From the IMG/VR virus record IMGVR_UViG_3300050821_005343, positions 13,862-77,861 of that record: a stretch of 64,000 nucleotides of DNA; one strand, written 5' to 3'. Below are positions 9,771 to 18,489 of the stretch, in pieces. This DNA is from a virus. The notes below the pieces were generated by a model, which saw only the letters and a list, made by a program, of their open reading frames with translations, made no database searches and was not told the DNA's origin. Position 1 is the stretch's first letter, and each line of letters begins with the position of its first letter. Made by a program: the position numbers and the translations under genes.

Positions 9771-9795
9771 TGGTGCGGGCGGAGGGACTCGAACC
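9771..9795 (-). other. attP core = 3' end of a tRNA (Leu-like)
   Basis: Minus strand GGTTCGAGTCCCTCCGCCCGCACCA (T-arm, acceptor stem, CCA), 20 bp past the integrase stop. Confidence 0.85.
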
Positions 9796-9814
9796 GGCCA
9801 TATAAATCAAAGAC

Positions 9815-10828
9815 TTAGGCATTTGTTTTCGACCGATCGGCAATAAGCCTGGCCAGCGCGGCGTCGGAAAGTTTTGGCACGCTCGCCTTGCGCGCATACA
9901 GCTTGGCCATGTCATTGCCAAGGATTGCTCCAATCTCCCGGTCAGTCGCTCCGCTCTCGGCGAGCTTGACCGCAAGTGCTTTGCGCAGCCCGTGCGCGCT
10001 GCCGGGAACGCCTGCGGCGACGCACGCTTCCTTAAACCAATTGCCGAACGACTCCTTGACGAACGGGCGGCCGTAGTCGTTCACGACGAACGACTCACCG
10101 CCTGGTGTCGCTGCGATCGACCGCGCAAGGGGCGGCAGGATGCGAATAGAGACCCGCTGGCCGGTCTTGGCGGTGTCTAAGATGATTGAGCCGTCCATGA
10201 CGTTCTTCGGCCCTACGCGGGCAGCGTCGCCGCGTCGTAGGCCGGTCCATAGCATTAGGTCAAACGCCAGCCGTTCTCGCGTACCGACGTGCCAGTGCGA
10301 CTCGAACCTCGAAAGTTCTTCGGTAGTCCATGTATGGAAACCATCGCCACGCAATCTGGAGACTTTGATTCCGACAGTAGGGTCGACGTCTATGTGTTCT
10401 CTGGACAAAGCCCATTGAAAAATGGCGCGAAGCGTTCCGAGGAAGTTTCTGGCTTGAGCGGGTGTGCCAGATCGTGCATCAAGGCTTGCGATGATGAATT
10501 TACGGGTCCAGACTTCGAGGGGCTGGTTTCCGGCGCGCTCGAGGGCGACGCGCATGAGGTTGTCTCGCTGACGTTTAGTTGCAATGGATAGCCTAGACCA
10601 AGCCGGGCTTGCGCGGTAGAGATTCCAAAGCCACTCGAACGAGCCTTCACCCCTTCTAGGTCGAGCAGCATTTGTTCCCGAGTCTGCAAGTCGGTATTCT
10701 CGTAAGAACTCTGCGCTTCCGTAGTCCCCGCGCAGACGAACACGCCGCCCAGTTCCCCTCCGATAGTACCAAAACGTTTTACCACGGGATTCCTCTCGGC
10801 GTAGGTAGGGGAGTCTTGGTCTGGGCAT
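9815..10828 (-). CDS. int: tyrosine integrase
   Basis: Start MPRPRLPY at 10828; TGLRRGD, SAHGLRK, ILGN..LY. Confidence 0.93.
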   Translation of the reverse strand: MPRPRLPYLRREESRGKTFWYYRRGTGRRVRLRGDYGSAEFLREYRLADSGTNAARPRRGEGSFEWLWNLYRASPAWSRLSIATKRQRDNLMRVALERAGNQPLEVWTRKFIIASLDARSGTPAQARNFLGTLRAIFQWALSREHIDVDPTVGIKVSRLRGDGFHTWTTEELSRFESHWHVGTRERLAFDLMLWTGLRRGDAARVGPKNVMDGSIILDTAKTGQRVSIRILPPLARSIAATPGGESFVVNDYGRPFVKESFGNWFKEACVAAGVPGSAHGLRKALAVKLAESGATDREIGAILGNDMAKLYARKASVPKLSDAALARLIADRSKTNA

Positions 10829-10835
10829 GCACCCA

Positions 10836-11012
10836 TTATGCGTGCGCAACAGGTGGAGGCAAGCGTTTTTGTTTCGGCGCCGGCCCCGCCGACTGCACAA
10901 TGCAAATCGCGCCGCTCGGCAAAAGCTCGACTTGCCAGACGCCTGGTGCTTTGGCCGCCGCGCGTAGGGCGCGTGCAAGGTCGGCTTGGCGGTGGGTGGC
11001 GCGCTGGGTCAC
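10836..11012 (-). CDS. putative excisionase
   Basis: Manual translation from GTG: MTQRATHRQADLARALRAAAKAPGVWQVELLPSGAICIV.. (58 aa), directly upstream of int and coupled to the previous stop (GTGA). Confidence 0.65.
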   Translation of the reverse strand: MTQRATHRQADLARALRAAAKAPGVWQVELLPSGAICIVQSAGPAPKQKRLPPPVAHA

Positions 11013-11665
11013 GGCTTGCTCCCCGGAGAGATCGGCAGCCCGCGCACGCGCTCGAGCAGAACCTGAAGGTTTGCCAGCGCGCGCCAGGCGACCTTGACGT
11101 CGTGAAAAAAACCGTCATCGTCGACAGTGCCGGCTTCCGCAAGATGGCGCATGAGGCAGTCAAGCTGGTCGGTGGACTTGCCGCGCGCCCAGTGCAGCGG
11201 CTCGCCCTTGTTGTGCTTCTCGTTGCCGGCGTGTGACAGAGCGGCGACTTCCGCCAATGCGTCAGGAAAATAACGTAGCAGGCCGGAGTGCATTGGAAGC
11301 TTCTTGCGCGATTCGCTGTCAGTCAAGAGGCGGGTCGGGCAACCGGCGGCGGCTATCAGTTCCGCCATAGCGTCGACAACGGGGGGGTCAAACGCATCTT
11401 CAGGCTTTCGGTCCCGCGAACCTTCCCTCTCGCCCGCGCGAGGCGTGTTGGTGATGCCTGGCGTGTGAACGCCGGTCGCGTACCATTCAGACCCGTCCCA
11501 TTTGTACTCGCCGCCGTCGACCCACTTGCGGTCGCCAGGTAGGGGACTGTTGGGGACAGTGACCCAACATGAAGAATCGTCCCGCCAGACCTGCTCTGTA
11601 CCGTCGGCAAGGACTCGGCGGCCTTCGGTTTTATTTCCCATCTCTCCACCCCATCCACTCATCAA
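11009..11665 (-). CDS. dATP/dGTP diphosphohydrolase-domain protein (DUF5664-like)
   Basis: RKKLPMHSGLLRYFPDALAEVA..GNEKH..W..DCLMRHL..H..VAWRALA. Confidence 0.8.
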   Translation of the reverse strand: MMSGWGGEMGNKTEGRRVLADGTEQVWRDDSSCWVTVPNSPLPGDRKWVDGGEYKWDGSEWYATGVHTPGITNTPRAGEREGSRDRKPEDAFDPPVVDAMAELIAAAGCPTRLLTDSESRKKLPMHSGLLRYFPDALAEVAALSHAGNEKHNKGEPLHWARGKSTDQLDCLMRHLAEAGTVDDDGFFHDVKVAWRALANLQVLLERVRGLPISPGSKP

Positions 11666-12858
11666 GCCACACTCACAATTGTCTGCCCGTACCAGCCGCT
11701 AGCGTTGTGATAGACGTTCGCCGTCATGCTGCGGCCGGACTGATAGCCCTTGCCAGCGTGCCAGGCGTCCTTGGCGGCTATCGTCTCGTATGATCTCCAG
11801 ATCATGCTCCCCGCAGTGCCGCCCTTCGCATAGTGGTGGACGTGGCCGAAGTCAGCGTAACGCCAAATCGTGTCGCCCCACATCTTCGGCCATTCGGTTG
11901 CGGCAAACAGCGCGGCGCGCTCTGGCTTAAGCTCGTCTCCGTGCGTCTTGAACAGCATTGTCTTGCCGAACTGGTGGACGAAGAACTTGCTAGGGTTGAA
12001 GTTGAGTTCGACCCGCGGCTCGTTGCGAAACCAAGCCCACAGCGCGAGCGCCGCAGCCATTGCGATTTCAGGGTCGTGATTGCCGCGAAGCCAGCAGACG
12101 ATTACTTTTTCGTGCTTAGCAAGTAGCCGCTCGATGCAGGAAACTGCCAGTTTTAGGCCAACTTGCAAAACCTTGCCGTATCGGCCGTCAACGTCAACCA
12201 GTGTTCCCTTGGCGGTTTCGTTCTTGGAGCTGTTGGAATGAAAGAAGTCGCCGAGGTTCGTAAAGATAGCAGTTTCGGAAGCCTGCGTGCGCCCGACTAG
12301 CTCATCCATCTTGTCGACCAGCAGCTTCTCGCCGATCTTCAGATCATAAGATGTGCCGGTCTCTGGCTTCCATGCCAGCAAGCCGAGATGGTGGTCACCG
12401 AGGATGTAGTCGGTCAGCAGCGCCGATTGCGACACCGTAGGCCGCACGATCGGCAGCCTTGGCGTTATCGAGGACAGCGCCTCTTTGATGCTGTCGATTG
12501 AGAACGCGGCGACGCTGGCATCGCGGTCTGACTTGATCCACTTGGCGACTTCTCGTCCTTCCGCATCAACGAGCGCCGAGACGCCCTTGATGCGCTGCCC
12601 GGTAGGAAGCTCGTAGACTTCGCCGGCCGCTTTGGTTTGCTTTACCCAGACGTCTCCGTCCTTCGCGGATATCTGGCGGGTGGCCATCCCCGGCAGCCCC
12701 AGCCGGTACCCAAGCGCCCCGCGCTCGGCGCGACGCCGCTGCTTGCTGCGCCGCAAGCGCATACAGTCGTAGGAGACGTTGGCCTTGTCGGCAGCCTCTT
12801 GCAGGCCGCCGCACTCGTCGACAAAGGCCGTCCAGTTGGTTTCTTGTTCGGCCGTCAT
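11662..12858 (-). CDS. calcineurin-like metallophosphoesterase
   Basis: GDHH, LGDFFH, GNHD, HGD, GHVHH. Confidence 0.88.
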   Translation of the reverse strand: MTAEQETNWTAFVDECGGLQEAADKANVSYDCMRLRRSKQRRRAERGALGYRLGLPGMATRQISAKDGDVWVKQTKAAGEVYELPTGQRIKGVSALVDAEGREVAKWIKSDRDASVAAFSIDSIKEALSSITPRLPIVRPTVSQSALLTDYILGDHHLGLLAWKPETGTSYDLKIGEKLLVDKMDELVGRTQASETAIFTNLGDFFHSNSSKNETAKGTLVDVDGRYGKVLQVGLKLAVSCIERLLAKHEKVIVCWLRGNHDPEIAMAAALALWAWFRNEPRVELNFNPSKFFVHQFGKTMLFKTHGDELKPERAALFAATEWPKMWGDTIWRYADFGHVHHYAKGGTAGSMIWRSYETIAAKDAWHAGKGYQSGRSMTANVYHNASGWYGQTIVSVA

Positions 12859-12889
12859 TTGTCGTCCTTAGCTGTGAGGAAAAACGAGA

Positions 12890-13393
12890 TCATTGGTCGA
12901 CTTTGTTGGCGTTCAGCATGAACGATGGGTCGATGAATATTCCACCTTCGGCAGACGATGCGTTGTGGCCCCCATATGGATTGCCAGACGACGCCGCGTC
13001 CCCTCCATTTCGGCACACATGCACAGTCCCGTTTTGGGCTAGAGAGTCGGCTATGTCGTGCAGGCTATCCTTTAGTCCTTTGGTGAGTTCTATTTCGTAA
13101 GACCTTGGTACGCCGCCCTTATAGATGGCCCATAGATCGGCTTTGCCGTCGTCGTCTCTGGCCAACATCCCCACCAGTTCAAAGCAGGTTGGCAGCCCAT
13201 TCAGGGATGTCATGACGGGAAGCCCAGCGATAGAATTGGCTGCAAAGGGGCTATAGATAGCCAATAGCGCGAGCAACGCCGACGCCGATACCTTAGTCAG
13301 GGTTGGAGCCGACGAGGTTCGGAACAGCCACGCAACAACCACACCCATAATCAGCAGCATAGCACCGATTGTAAGGGAGAACTGAGATATCAT
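12890..13393 (-). CDS. membrane protein (third gene of MotA/ExbB-like triad)
   Basis: Two N-terminal TM segments, then LWAIY..PRSYEI. Confidence 0.7.
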   Translation of the reverse strand: MISQFSLTIGAMLLIMGVVVAWLFRTSSAPTLTKVSASALLALLAIYSPFAANSIAGLPVMTSLNGLPTCFELVGMLARDDDGKADLWAIYKGGVPRSYEIELTKGLKDSLHDIADSLAQNGTVHVCRNGGDAASSGNPYGGHNASSAEGGIFIDPSFMLNANKVDQ

Positions 13394-13980
13394 TTTGTGG
13401 ATACCGGCTTGAGTGGAGGGTCTACGAAAGTCATATCACCATTAGGGGAAAGATCAAAAGACGCTACATTGATCGTTTGTTTTTGATATGTGAGCGATAT
13501 GTCTTTAGAGAACAGCGTCTTCACTTCAGGATTTAGTCCTGTAATCTCTACGTGCGCGGGCAGAGGGAGGCCGGGGGCACCTTCATGATTGGAAAATCCG
13601 AAGAGATTTACGGCTAAGTCGTAATGCCCAGGCTCAATGCAGCGGAGAGCTATTGTTTCCTTGACGGCGCGCACCTTCGTCGTGGACCCATCTGGTAGAT
13701 GGATAATGCTGTCTCCCCACCCCTTATTGTCTTGGTCTAGGGTTGCGCATCCGACCTGCCGAGAGTTGAAAAAAACCGGCATCTTGCGAGGGGTTTGGAG
13801 CCATATGTCAACGTCGGCATCGGGCTCAGTGCTCCACTCGACAGTCAGTAGATACTCGGCTTTTTCATCAACTCCGGCATGAACCGGCTTAGGTGGATTA
13901 ACGGCGACGATGACGACGCAGACCACGCACAAGAGAAGGTCTGAGATGCCGATCCAGATGGTGGAGCGGTCGCGGGTCAT
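13390..13980 (-). CDS. ExbD/MotB-like single-TM protein with periplasmic domain
   Basis: IGISDLLLCVVCVVIVAVNP (Asp at start of TM), then DADVDIW..LDQDNKG..ETIALR..PGHY. Confidence 0.65.
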   Translation of the reverse strand: MTRDRSTIWIGISDLLLCVVCVVIVAVNPPKPVHAGVDEKAEYLLTVEWSTEPDADVDIWLQTPRKMPVFFNSRQVGCATLDQDNKGWGDSIIHLPDGSTTKVRAVKETIALRCIEPGHYDLAVNLFGFSNHEGAPGLPLPAHVEITGLNPEVKTLFSKDISLTYQKQTINVASFDLSPNGDMTFVDPPLKPVSTK

Positions 13981-14105
13981 AGATGGAAAGCCCAGCCCAG
14001 GAAAACACCAAGCGCCACTAGCGTAATCCAGAAGATCACAAGCCCCACGGCTTGCTTAACGCCTTGGCGCTGCGCCCAGTCAGGGTCGCTATCCCACGGG
14101 CTCAC
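13977..14105 (-). CDS. 42-aa single-TM peptide
   Basis: Manual translation MSPWDSDPDWAQRQGVKQAVGLVIFWITLVALGVFLGWAFHL; coupled to both neighbours. Confidence 0.55.
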   Translation of the reverse strand: MSPWDSDPDWAQRQGVKQAVGLVIFWITLVALGVFLGWAFHL

Positions 14106-14557
14106 TTCCGCGCCCTCCGAATGCCTTGCTCAAGCGAATAGGTCATCACGCCGATAAGAATCGCCGCCGTGCCGCCGCTCGCCGTGGTGAAGAGGGAGGT
14201 CGCCAGCGCCGTGAAGCTGGTTGAGCCACCGGCCAGAGATTTTGCCTGAAGGGAAAGGCCGATAGCGGTGCCGACGAACCCCAGCATGACCGCCCATCGC
14301 TCGGCGTTGTGGCCGAAGTCCGTCGACGGCGGCTTCGTCATGAAGTTGTGATTGGCGGCGTAGTTATCCACCAACCACGCCTGCCGTCCCAGATACACAG
14401 CGGTCCCGACGAACAGCACCGCAATCACGCTGGTCATCATGCTTGCGTCGTTAGCGTAGACCGATTGAGGAACGCCGCGCGTCCACGCAAAGAATGCGAG
14501 GCCGGCGCAGGCTAGGCAGATAACGAAGTGGGATAAGAAGGTGAGGCGGCCGTTCAC
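14102..14557 (-). CDS. MotA/TolQ/ExbB proton-channel-like protein
   Basis: Four hydrophobic segments; MLGFVGTAIGL and ALATSLFTTASG resemble the LGLLGTV.G and AL.TTA.G motifs. Confidence 0.7.
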   Translation of the reverse strand: MNGRLTFLSHFVICLACAGLAFFAWTRGVPQSVYANDASMMTSVIAVLFVGTAVYLGRQAWLVDNYAANHNFMTKPPSTDFGHNAERWAVMLGFVGTAIGLSLQAKSLAGGSTSFTALATSLFTTASGGTAAILIGVMTYSLEQGIRRARK

Positions 14558-15015
14558 AGCTTCAACTCATCTTTTGGGTCGTTGGCAGGCGTGGCGATTT
14601 CGTCTTTGCCGCCGACGATGTCCTTGAGGACCATCACGATTGCGGGCGGCAAAATCATGGGCGAATACATCAGGTGAGGCTGATGATCCGACCCCTCTAG
14701 CTTTAGAGGAACGATGCAGGCTTCCTTGTCGCCCTTAGTCCAGAATAGAAGGCTAGCTGACTTTGCCTGAACCAACATCGCGCCGTCGCCGGGGGGCAAG
14801 CCTTCCGGGGTGATGGCCGACCCGATATAGACGCCCATCATAAGGTGGTACTGACCGGCATTCAGCTTGGTGAACTTCGCGCCCTTCGCGTCAGCCTCCA
14901 TCTTGGAGATGGGCTCGCACTTGGCAGTCGGCGCTTCCGCCGCCGAAACCGGCAACGCTATGAAACCCATAAGGAACGATTGTACGATTCCGTACATAAG
15001 GCATGCGCGCTTCAT
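14554..15015 (-). CDS. exported hypothetical protein
   Basis: GGAGG upstream; signal peptide ..ALPVSA|AE. Confidence 0.65.
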   Translation of the reverse strand: MKRACLMYGIVQSFLMGFIALPVSAAEAPTAKCEPISKMEADAKGAKFTKLNAGQYHLMMGVYIGSAITPEGLPPGDGAMLVQAKSASLLFWTKGDKEACIVPLKLEGSDHQPHLMYSPMILPPAIVMVLKDIVGGKDEIATPANDPKDELKL

Positions 15016-15034
15016 TTGTTGAGACCTCCGAATC

Positions 15035-15066
15035 AAAAAGGGGCGGCGAGCCGAAGCCCGCCGCCT
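15035..15066 (-). terminator. Rho-independent terminator
   Basis: Minus strand GGCGGCG-loop-CGCCGCC then CCTTTTT. Confidence 0.65.
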
Positions 15067-15149
15067 AGCAAACATTATTTTGCGTGGTATGCAACACTTG
15101 TTTTGTAAATTTGCTCTCTATGCAACTAACATATATGTGGGGGTGGAGA

Positions 15150-15437
15150 TTAACGGGTGCGGTGAGGGCGGAAAATCGAGATGAGTGAATCGATCCCGCC
15201 GTGGTGGATGGCGTGCGGATGCGCGACGTGGGGCGCGGGGCGCGCTGCGGCGACTCGACTCGGCGCGTGGCGCGGGGCGATCACGGGATGCGGGTCGCAC
15301 TGGATCATCGTAGTGTAGTCGTTAGGACGAGTTACAACCCACCTGTTGCAGTCATCGTCTGCAAAAGCGCTAGTGGGGAGCGGCGCGAGTAGGGCGAAAA
15401 TAATCGATGACCGCGCTAAGCTGCTGCTTAATCTCAT
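15150..15437 (-). CDS. small exported protein overlapping 15370 (possible o-spanin-like)
   Basis: Signal peptide ..PTSAFA|DDDC; overlaps the 3' end of 15370..15762. Confidence 0.45.
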   Translation of the reverse strand: MRLSSSLARSSIIFALLAPLPTSAFADDDCNRWVVTRPNDYTTMIQCDPHPVIAPRHAPSRVAAARPAPHVAHPHAIHHGGIDSLISIFRPHRTR

Positions 15438-15762
15438 TCATCTGCTCCTTTCTTGCCTCGTCGGAGTCCTTTAATATTTGCAGAGTCGCCGCATTCGCAT
15501 TTTGCGACGCCAGAATCGCAGCTATTGAGGATTCTGTCCCCTTAACCTCCACGCCTAACGCCGTCACCGTGATCTTCAACGCATCAATGGCGATATCGTC
15601 TGCGTGTAACCTTTCCTCCACGGATTTGTCATACTCCTGGCTATTGTGGCCTTGAGTAAAATAAGTCTGAGAAAGAAATACCAGCGCCGCCCCGACGACC
15701 GCCCCCATCGTCCCATTCCACAAGTTTGATCCTGCTCTTTCACTTAAAACCGGCATATTCAT
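15370..15762 (-). CDS. TM + coiled-coil lysis accessory protein (i-spanin/holin-like)
   Basis: Single TM then heptad-rich region, downstream of endolysin and holin. Confidence 0.5.
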   Translation of the reverse strand: MNMPVLSERAGSNLWNGTMGAVVGAALVFLSQTYFTQGHNSQEYDKSVEERLHADDIAIDALKITVTALGVEVKGTESSIAAILASQNANAATLQILKDSDEARKEQMNEIKQQLSAVIDYFRPTRAAPH

Positions 15763-15794
15763 AATATTGACAATCCTGCTAGCGCTGGCAGTGA

Positions 15795-15880
15795 CAAACA
15801 TGATAACGCACGGCCAGCCGTGCGCACGGTCAGGCCGTCGCCCATGCCCTGCTAGCTGGGCGACGGCCGTCTGGTTTTTA
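15795..15880 (+). ncRNA. putative antisense-oriented small RNA
   Basis: TTGACA at 15767; hairpin GCACGG/CCGTGC; 12-bp hairpin GGCCGTCGCCCA/TGGGCGACGGCC; T-tract. Confidence 0.5.
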
Positions 15881-15885
15881 GTTGG

Positions 15886-16257
15886 TTAGCGGGGGATATC
15901 CTCGATAGCGCCGGTTTTGGTAAGGCCAACGGCTGGACTCGCCGATGTTATGGCGACAACCTTGACGAAGGGAACGCTGGGGCTATTCACAACGTCGACA
16001 ACGGCCGAGGCAACGGCTGGATTGCTGCCCACGGCGGCGGCCACACCGGCGGGTGAATGCGTCATCACGCCCCATCTGGTTAGCAGAGCGCCGCCGCCCA
16101 GGGTTATGGCAGCAGTCAGGGGAACAATAAGTTGCTGTGCCAGATCGGCAGGAAGGATTCCTTTCAGGACAAAATAAGATCCGGGAGCGAGCGCTACTTG
16201 AACCGTACCTCTAACGATGGACGTCCACTGTTCCTGGTTCAGGATTTGATGGTTCAT
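15886..16257 (-). CDS. putative holin
   Basis: NQEQWTSIVR plus two hydrophobic segments, directly after the endolysin. Confidence 0.6.
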   Translation of the reverse strand: MNHQILNQEQWTSIVRGTVQVALAPGSYFVLKGILPADLAQQLIVPLTAAITLGGGALLTRWGVMTHSPAGVAAAVGSNPAVASAVVDVVNSPSVPFVKVVAITSASPAVGLTKTGAIEDIPR

Positions 16258-17129
16258 GGCTTTACCGCCGGAGCCGGGGGGACAAGCTTCGCCACTTCCG
16301 CGGCGATCAATCCGGGGAGAGATGTGCTCAGTTGCGACGTGAGCAACGGCACGAGCGTCGTCACTAGCGAGCCGAGATCGAGCGACGGTGCAGGAGTAAG
16401 GGTCGCTCCGGCTGCGGGGGTAGCACCCGAAGTCTGGGCGGAAAGTTGCGTGATAAGCGCCCGGAATAGGCCGGCCGCGAGGGATTCAACGATCGGCGCA
16501 AGCGCCGCAATCAATGCTGGGTCCATAAGTGTTACTCCAAGGGGTGCGGGTGTGGGCGTGGGGGTTGGCGCTGTAGTTGGCGCGGGGGCTGCAGCGACGG
16601 GCGGAAGGGGAACTGAGGCCGGAACGGCCGGCGATAGTACAGTAGACGGAGGCGTCCAAACTTTTGCAAATTCCTGTGCGAAACCAATACGAATGTCGAG
16701 TACACGACCAGCTGCTGAAGGGTGTTCATACTGGTCACAAATGTTGGCGGTTAAGGTTTCGAGGCTCTTCGTGCCCGCTACCAAATCGTTCCAGAGGCTT
16801 TTATACCAGCCTTTAAGTTCGTAGAGGTAAAACGCTGCTTGTGCCTCAATCGACTGCCAAGCGCCAAACCACTTTACACCAAACGCCTGCATGTTCGACA
16901 AGCGCGCCGCTTGCCCCGTACCGCTATCACGCCATTGGAAGAGACCGTTGGAACCGTGATCTAGGGCACCAACCGTCACACTTTTGTCTTGGTTCTCTCG
17001 AGTCGCATTGCCAACTGAGGCTTGAGCTGATCTCGCGGCAATCCCAGGAATTGCGAGGTTCGGAAATCCTTGGACAAGGTAATTTGCTAGCTGCGTCTGT
17101 CGATCGATGAGATTTACCGGATCTGTCAT
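16254..17129 (-). CDS. endolysin, phage tail-tip lysozyme-like catalytic domain with hydrophobic C-terminal tail
   Basis: VGNATREN..GSNGLFQW..RL..Q..F...EL..YEHP, then a Pro/Thr linker. Confidence 0.8.
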   Translation of the reverse strand: MTDPVNLIDRQTQLANYLVQGFPNLAIPGIAARSAQASVGNATRENQDKSVTVGALDHGSNGLFQWRDSGTGQAARLSNMQAFGVKWFGAWQSIEAQAAFYLYELKGWYKSLWNDLVAGTKSLETLTANICDQYEHPSAAGRVLDIRIGFAQEFAKVWTPPSTVLSPAVPASVPLPPVAAAPAPTTAPTPTPTPAPLGVTLMDPALIAALAPIVESLAAGLFRALITQLSAQTSGATPAAGATLTPAPSLDLGSLVTTLVPLLTSQLSTSLPGLIAAEVAKLVPPAPAVKP

Positions 17130-17139
17130 ACCCTGACCC

Positions 17140-17379
17140 TCACGAAATGGGATGTTGTTTTGTCTGGGTGCCGCGCAAGGTGGCGACTAGCTCTTCAAAT
17201 CCGAACTCTTTCTCGTATATTTTGGCTGAGAAAAATAACTTGCCAGCTAACGATGCCTTGGCCAGGGCCAGAGTCCCGGAAAAATTGTATCGCCGCTTTT
17301 GCAGCGTGACCCTGCGGCGGCCCTCGACCCATATTGATTCGACGATGGCGAACTCTGTAAGCGGCGAAGGATTGATCAC
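17140..17379 (-). CDS. hypothetical protein
   Basis: GTG start overlapping the upstream stop (GTGA). Confidence 0.45.
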   Translation of the reverse strand: MINPSPLTEFAIVESIWVEGRRRVTLQKRRYNFSGTLALAKASLAGKLFFSAKIYEKEFGFEELVATLRGTQTKQHPIS

Positions 17380-18419
17380 GCGCGTATCTCCATTTCGACA
17401 AACGACAGCCAAGCCCTCTCGCTTGCCTCGACGTATTTTGTCAGGTCATATTGATTGATCTTGGCGTTTCGGATTGGCTGTTCGTAAATGTTAAGCAGAT
17501 GGTCTCGGATGTCTTTCGCATCGTTCATGGACACCGGCCCTTGGGTAAACCAAGGGATCTCATCGCATCCCAAGAAAGGAATTCCCTGAACGACCTGATC
17601 GGCGCCAACTATGTTGAAGGTTTCGGAGAAGCTGATCTGCATCGCAATGTCCATATCCGAAGATAGAGACATGAAATCTTCGTGACTGGTCCACGTATGA
17701 AGGATCAATTCGTAGCGGCTTGGGTCTAGCTGCCCGAACAAGCCGCGCAGATTCTGATCAACGGGCATGCCGTTGGCCTCAACCCGGCCGGTGTTCATGT
17801 GGAACTTAAGTCGCTTCTTGCCGACCTTCTGGACGAAATCTACTGCGGCAACGGCTTGAATCAGTTGGTTCTTGAGCGGCCTGATGGCGCCGAAGCAGCT
17901 TACATCTACCCACGGCTTGTCGTAATCGATCGGCTTGGGGGCCGTCATAGACGTCGGATAGTAGTTTGGAAGATAGGTGATGTCTTTGTTAAGGACGCCG
18001 TGCTTGCCTACGCAGATCGTCTCGATGTCGTATAGCATCTTGGGCGAATTTGGCGATACCTTAACGTTGGCAAAGCTGACGTAGTCAAGAATCCAATCCA
18101 TCGCCATGCCTTCGCAGGACATGAAAGGCATGTCGGAATGGATTCTAATTACCCATTTAACCTTTGGGTGTAGCTTTTGTAGGATGTGGAATTTTTCTGG
18201 AACTACCCATACGGCCTCGATGATGACGATATCCGGCCGGAACTTAGTTACTTCGCGGTCGATGCTGTTGTTGTCAATGACCACGACCATCTTTGAGTTG
18301 ATGCCGTTCTTAACCAGCATCTCATTGACGAAGTTTGCCGAGTTGTACAGACCTGTAGATATCGGAAGGTCGCCTATCTGGCTCTCTCGCCGCTTAAGAA
18401 CGAAGAGGATCTTTGTCAT
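17376..18419 (-). CDS. GT-B fold (GT4-like) glycosyltransferase
   Basis: RPDIVIIEA, RIHS, CFGAIRPLKNQL, QISFSETFNIVGAD; AT-rich. Confidence 0.75.
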   Translation of the reverse strand: MTKILFVLKRRESQIGDLPISTGLYNSANFVNEMLVKNGINSKMVVVIDNNSIDREVTKFRPDIVIIEAVWVVPEKFHILQKLHPKVKWVIRIHSDMPFMSCEGMAMDWILDYVSFANVKVSPNSPKMLYDIETICVGKHGVLNKDITYLPNYYPTSMTAPKPIDYDKPWVDVSCFGAIRPLKNQLIQAVAAVDFVQKVGKKRLKFHMNTGRVEANGMPVDQNLRGLFGQLDPSRYELILHTWTSHEDFMSLSSDMDIAMQISFSETFNIVGADQVVQGIPFLGCDEIPWFTQGPVSMNDAKDIRDHLLNIYEQPIRNAKINQYDLTKYVEASERAWLSFVEMEIRA

Positions 18420-18489
18420 CGCACGACACTCCTTCAGGTTATGGACCTATAAACCATAAGTGGCGTGGTATGCAACACTTTGTTTATAA

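Noticed and set aside
9771-9795. Complete tRNA gene
   Set aside because: Only the T-arm and 3' acceptor strand are present; treated as the attP core.
9815-10978. 387-aa integrase start given by the ORF track
   Set aside because: The extension overlaps the excisionase-like ORF; MPRPRLPY at 10828 is the more plausible start.
11009-11665. Z-genome (2-aminoadenine) pathway
   Set aside because: No PurZ or DatZ-like gene in the window; a DUF5664-like domain alone is insufficient.
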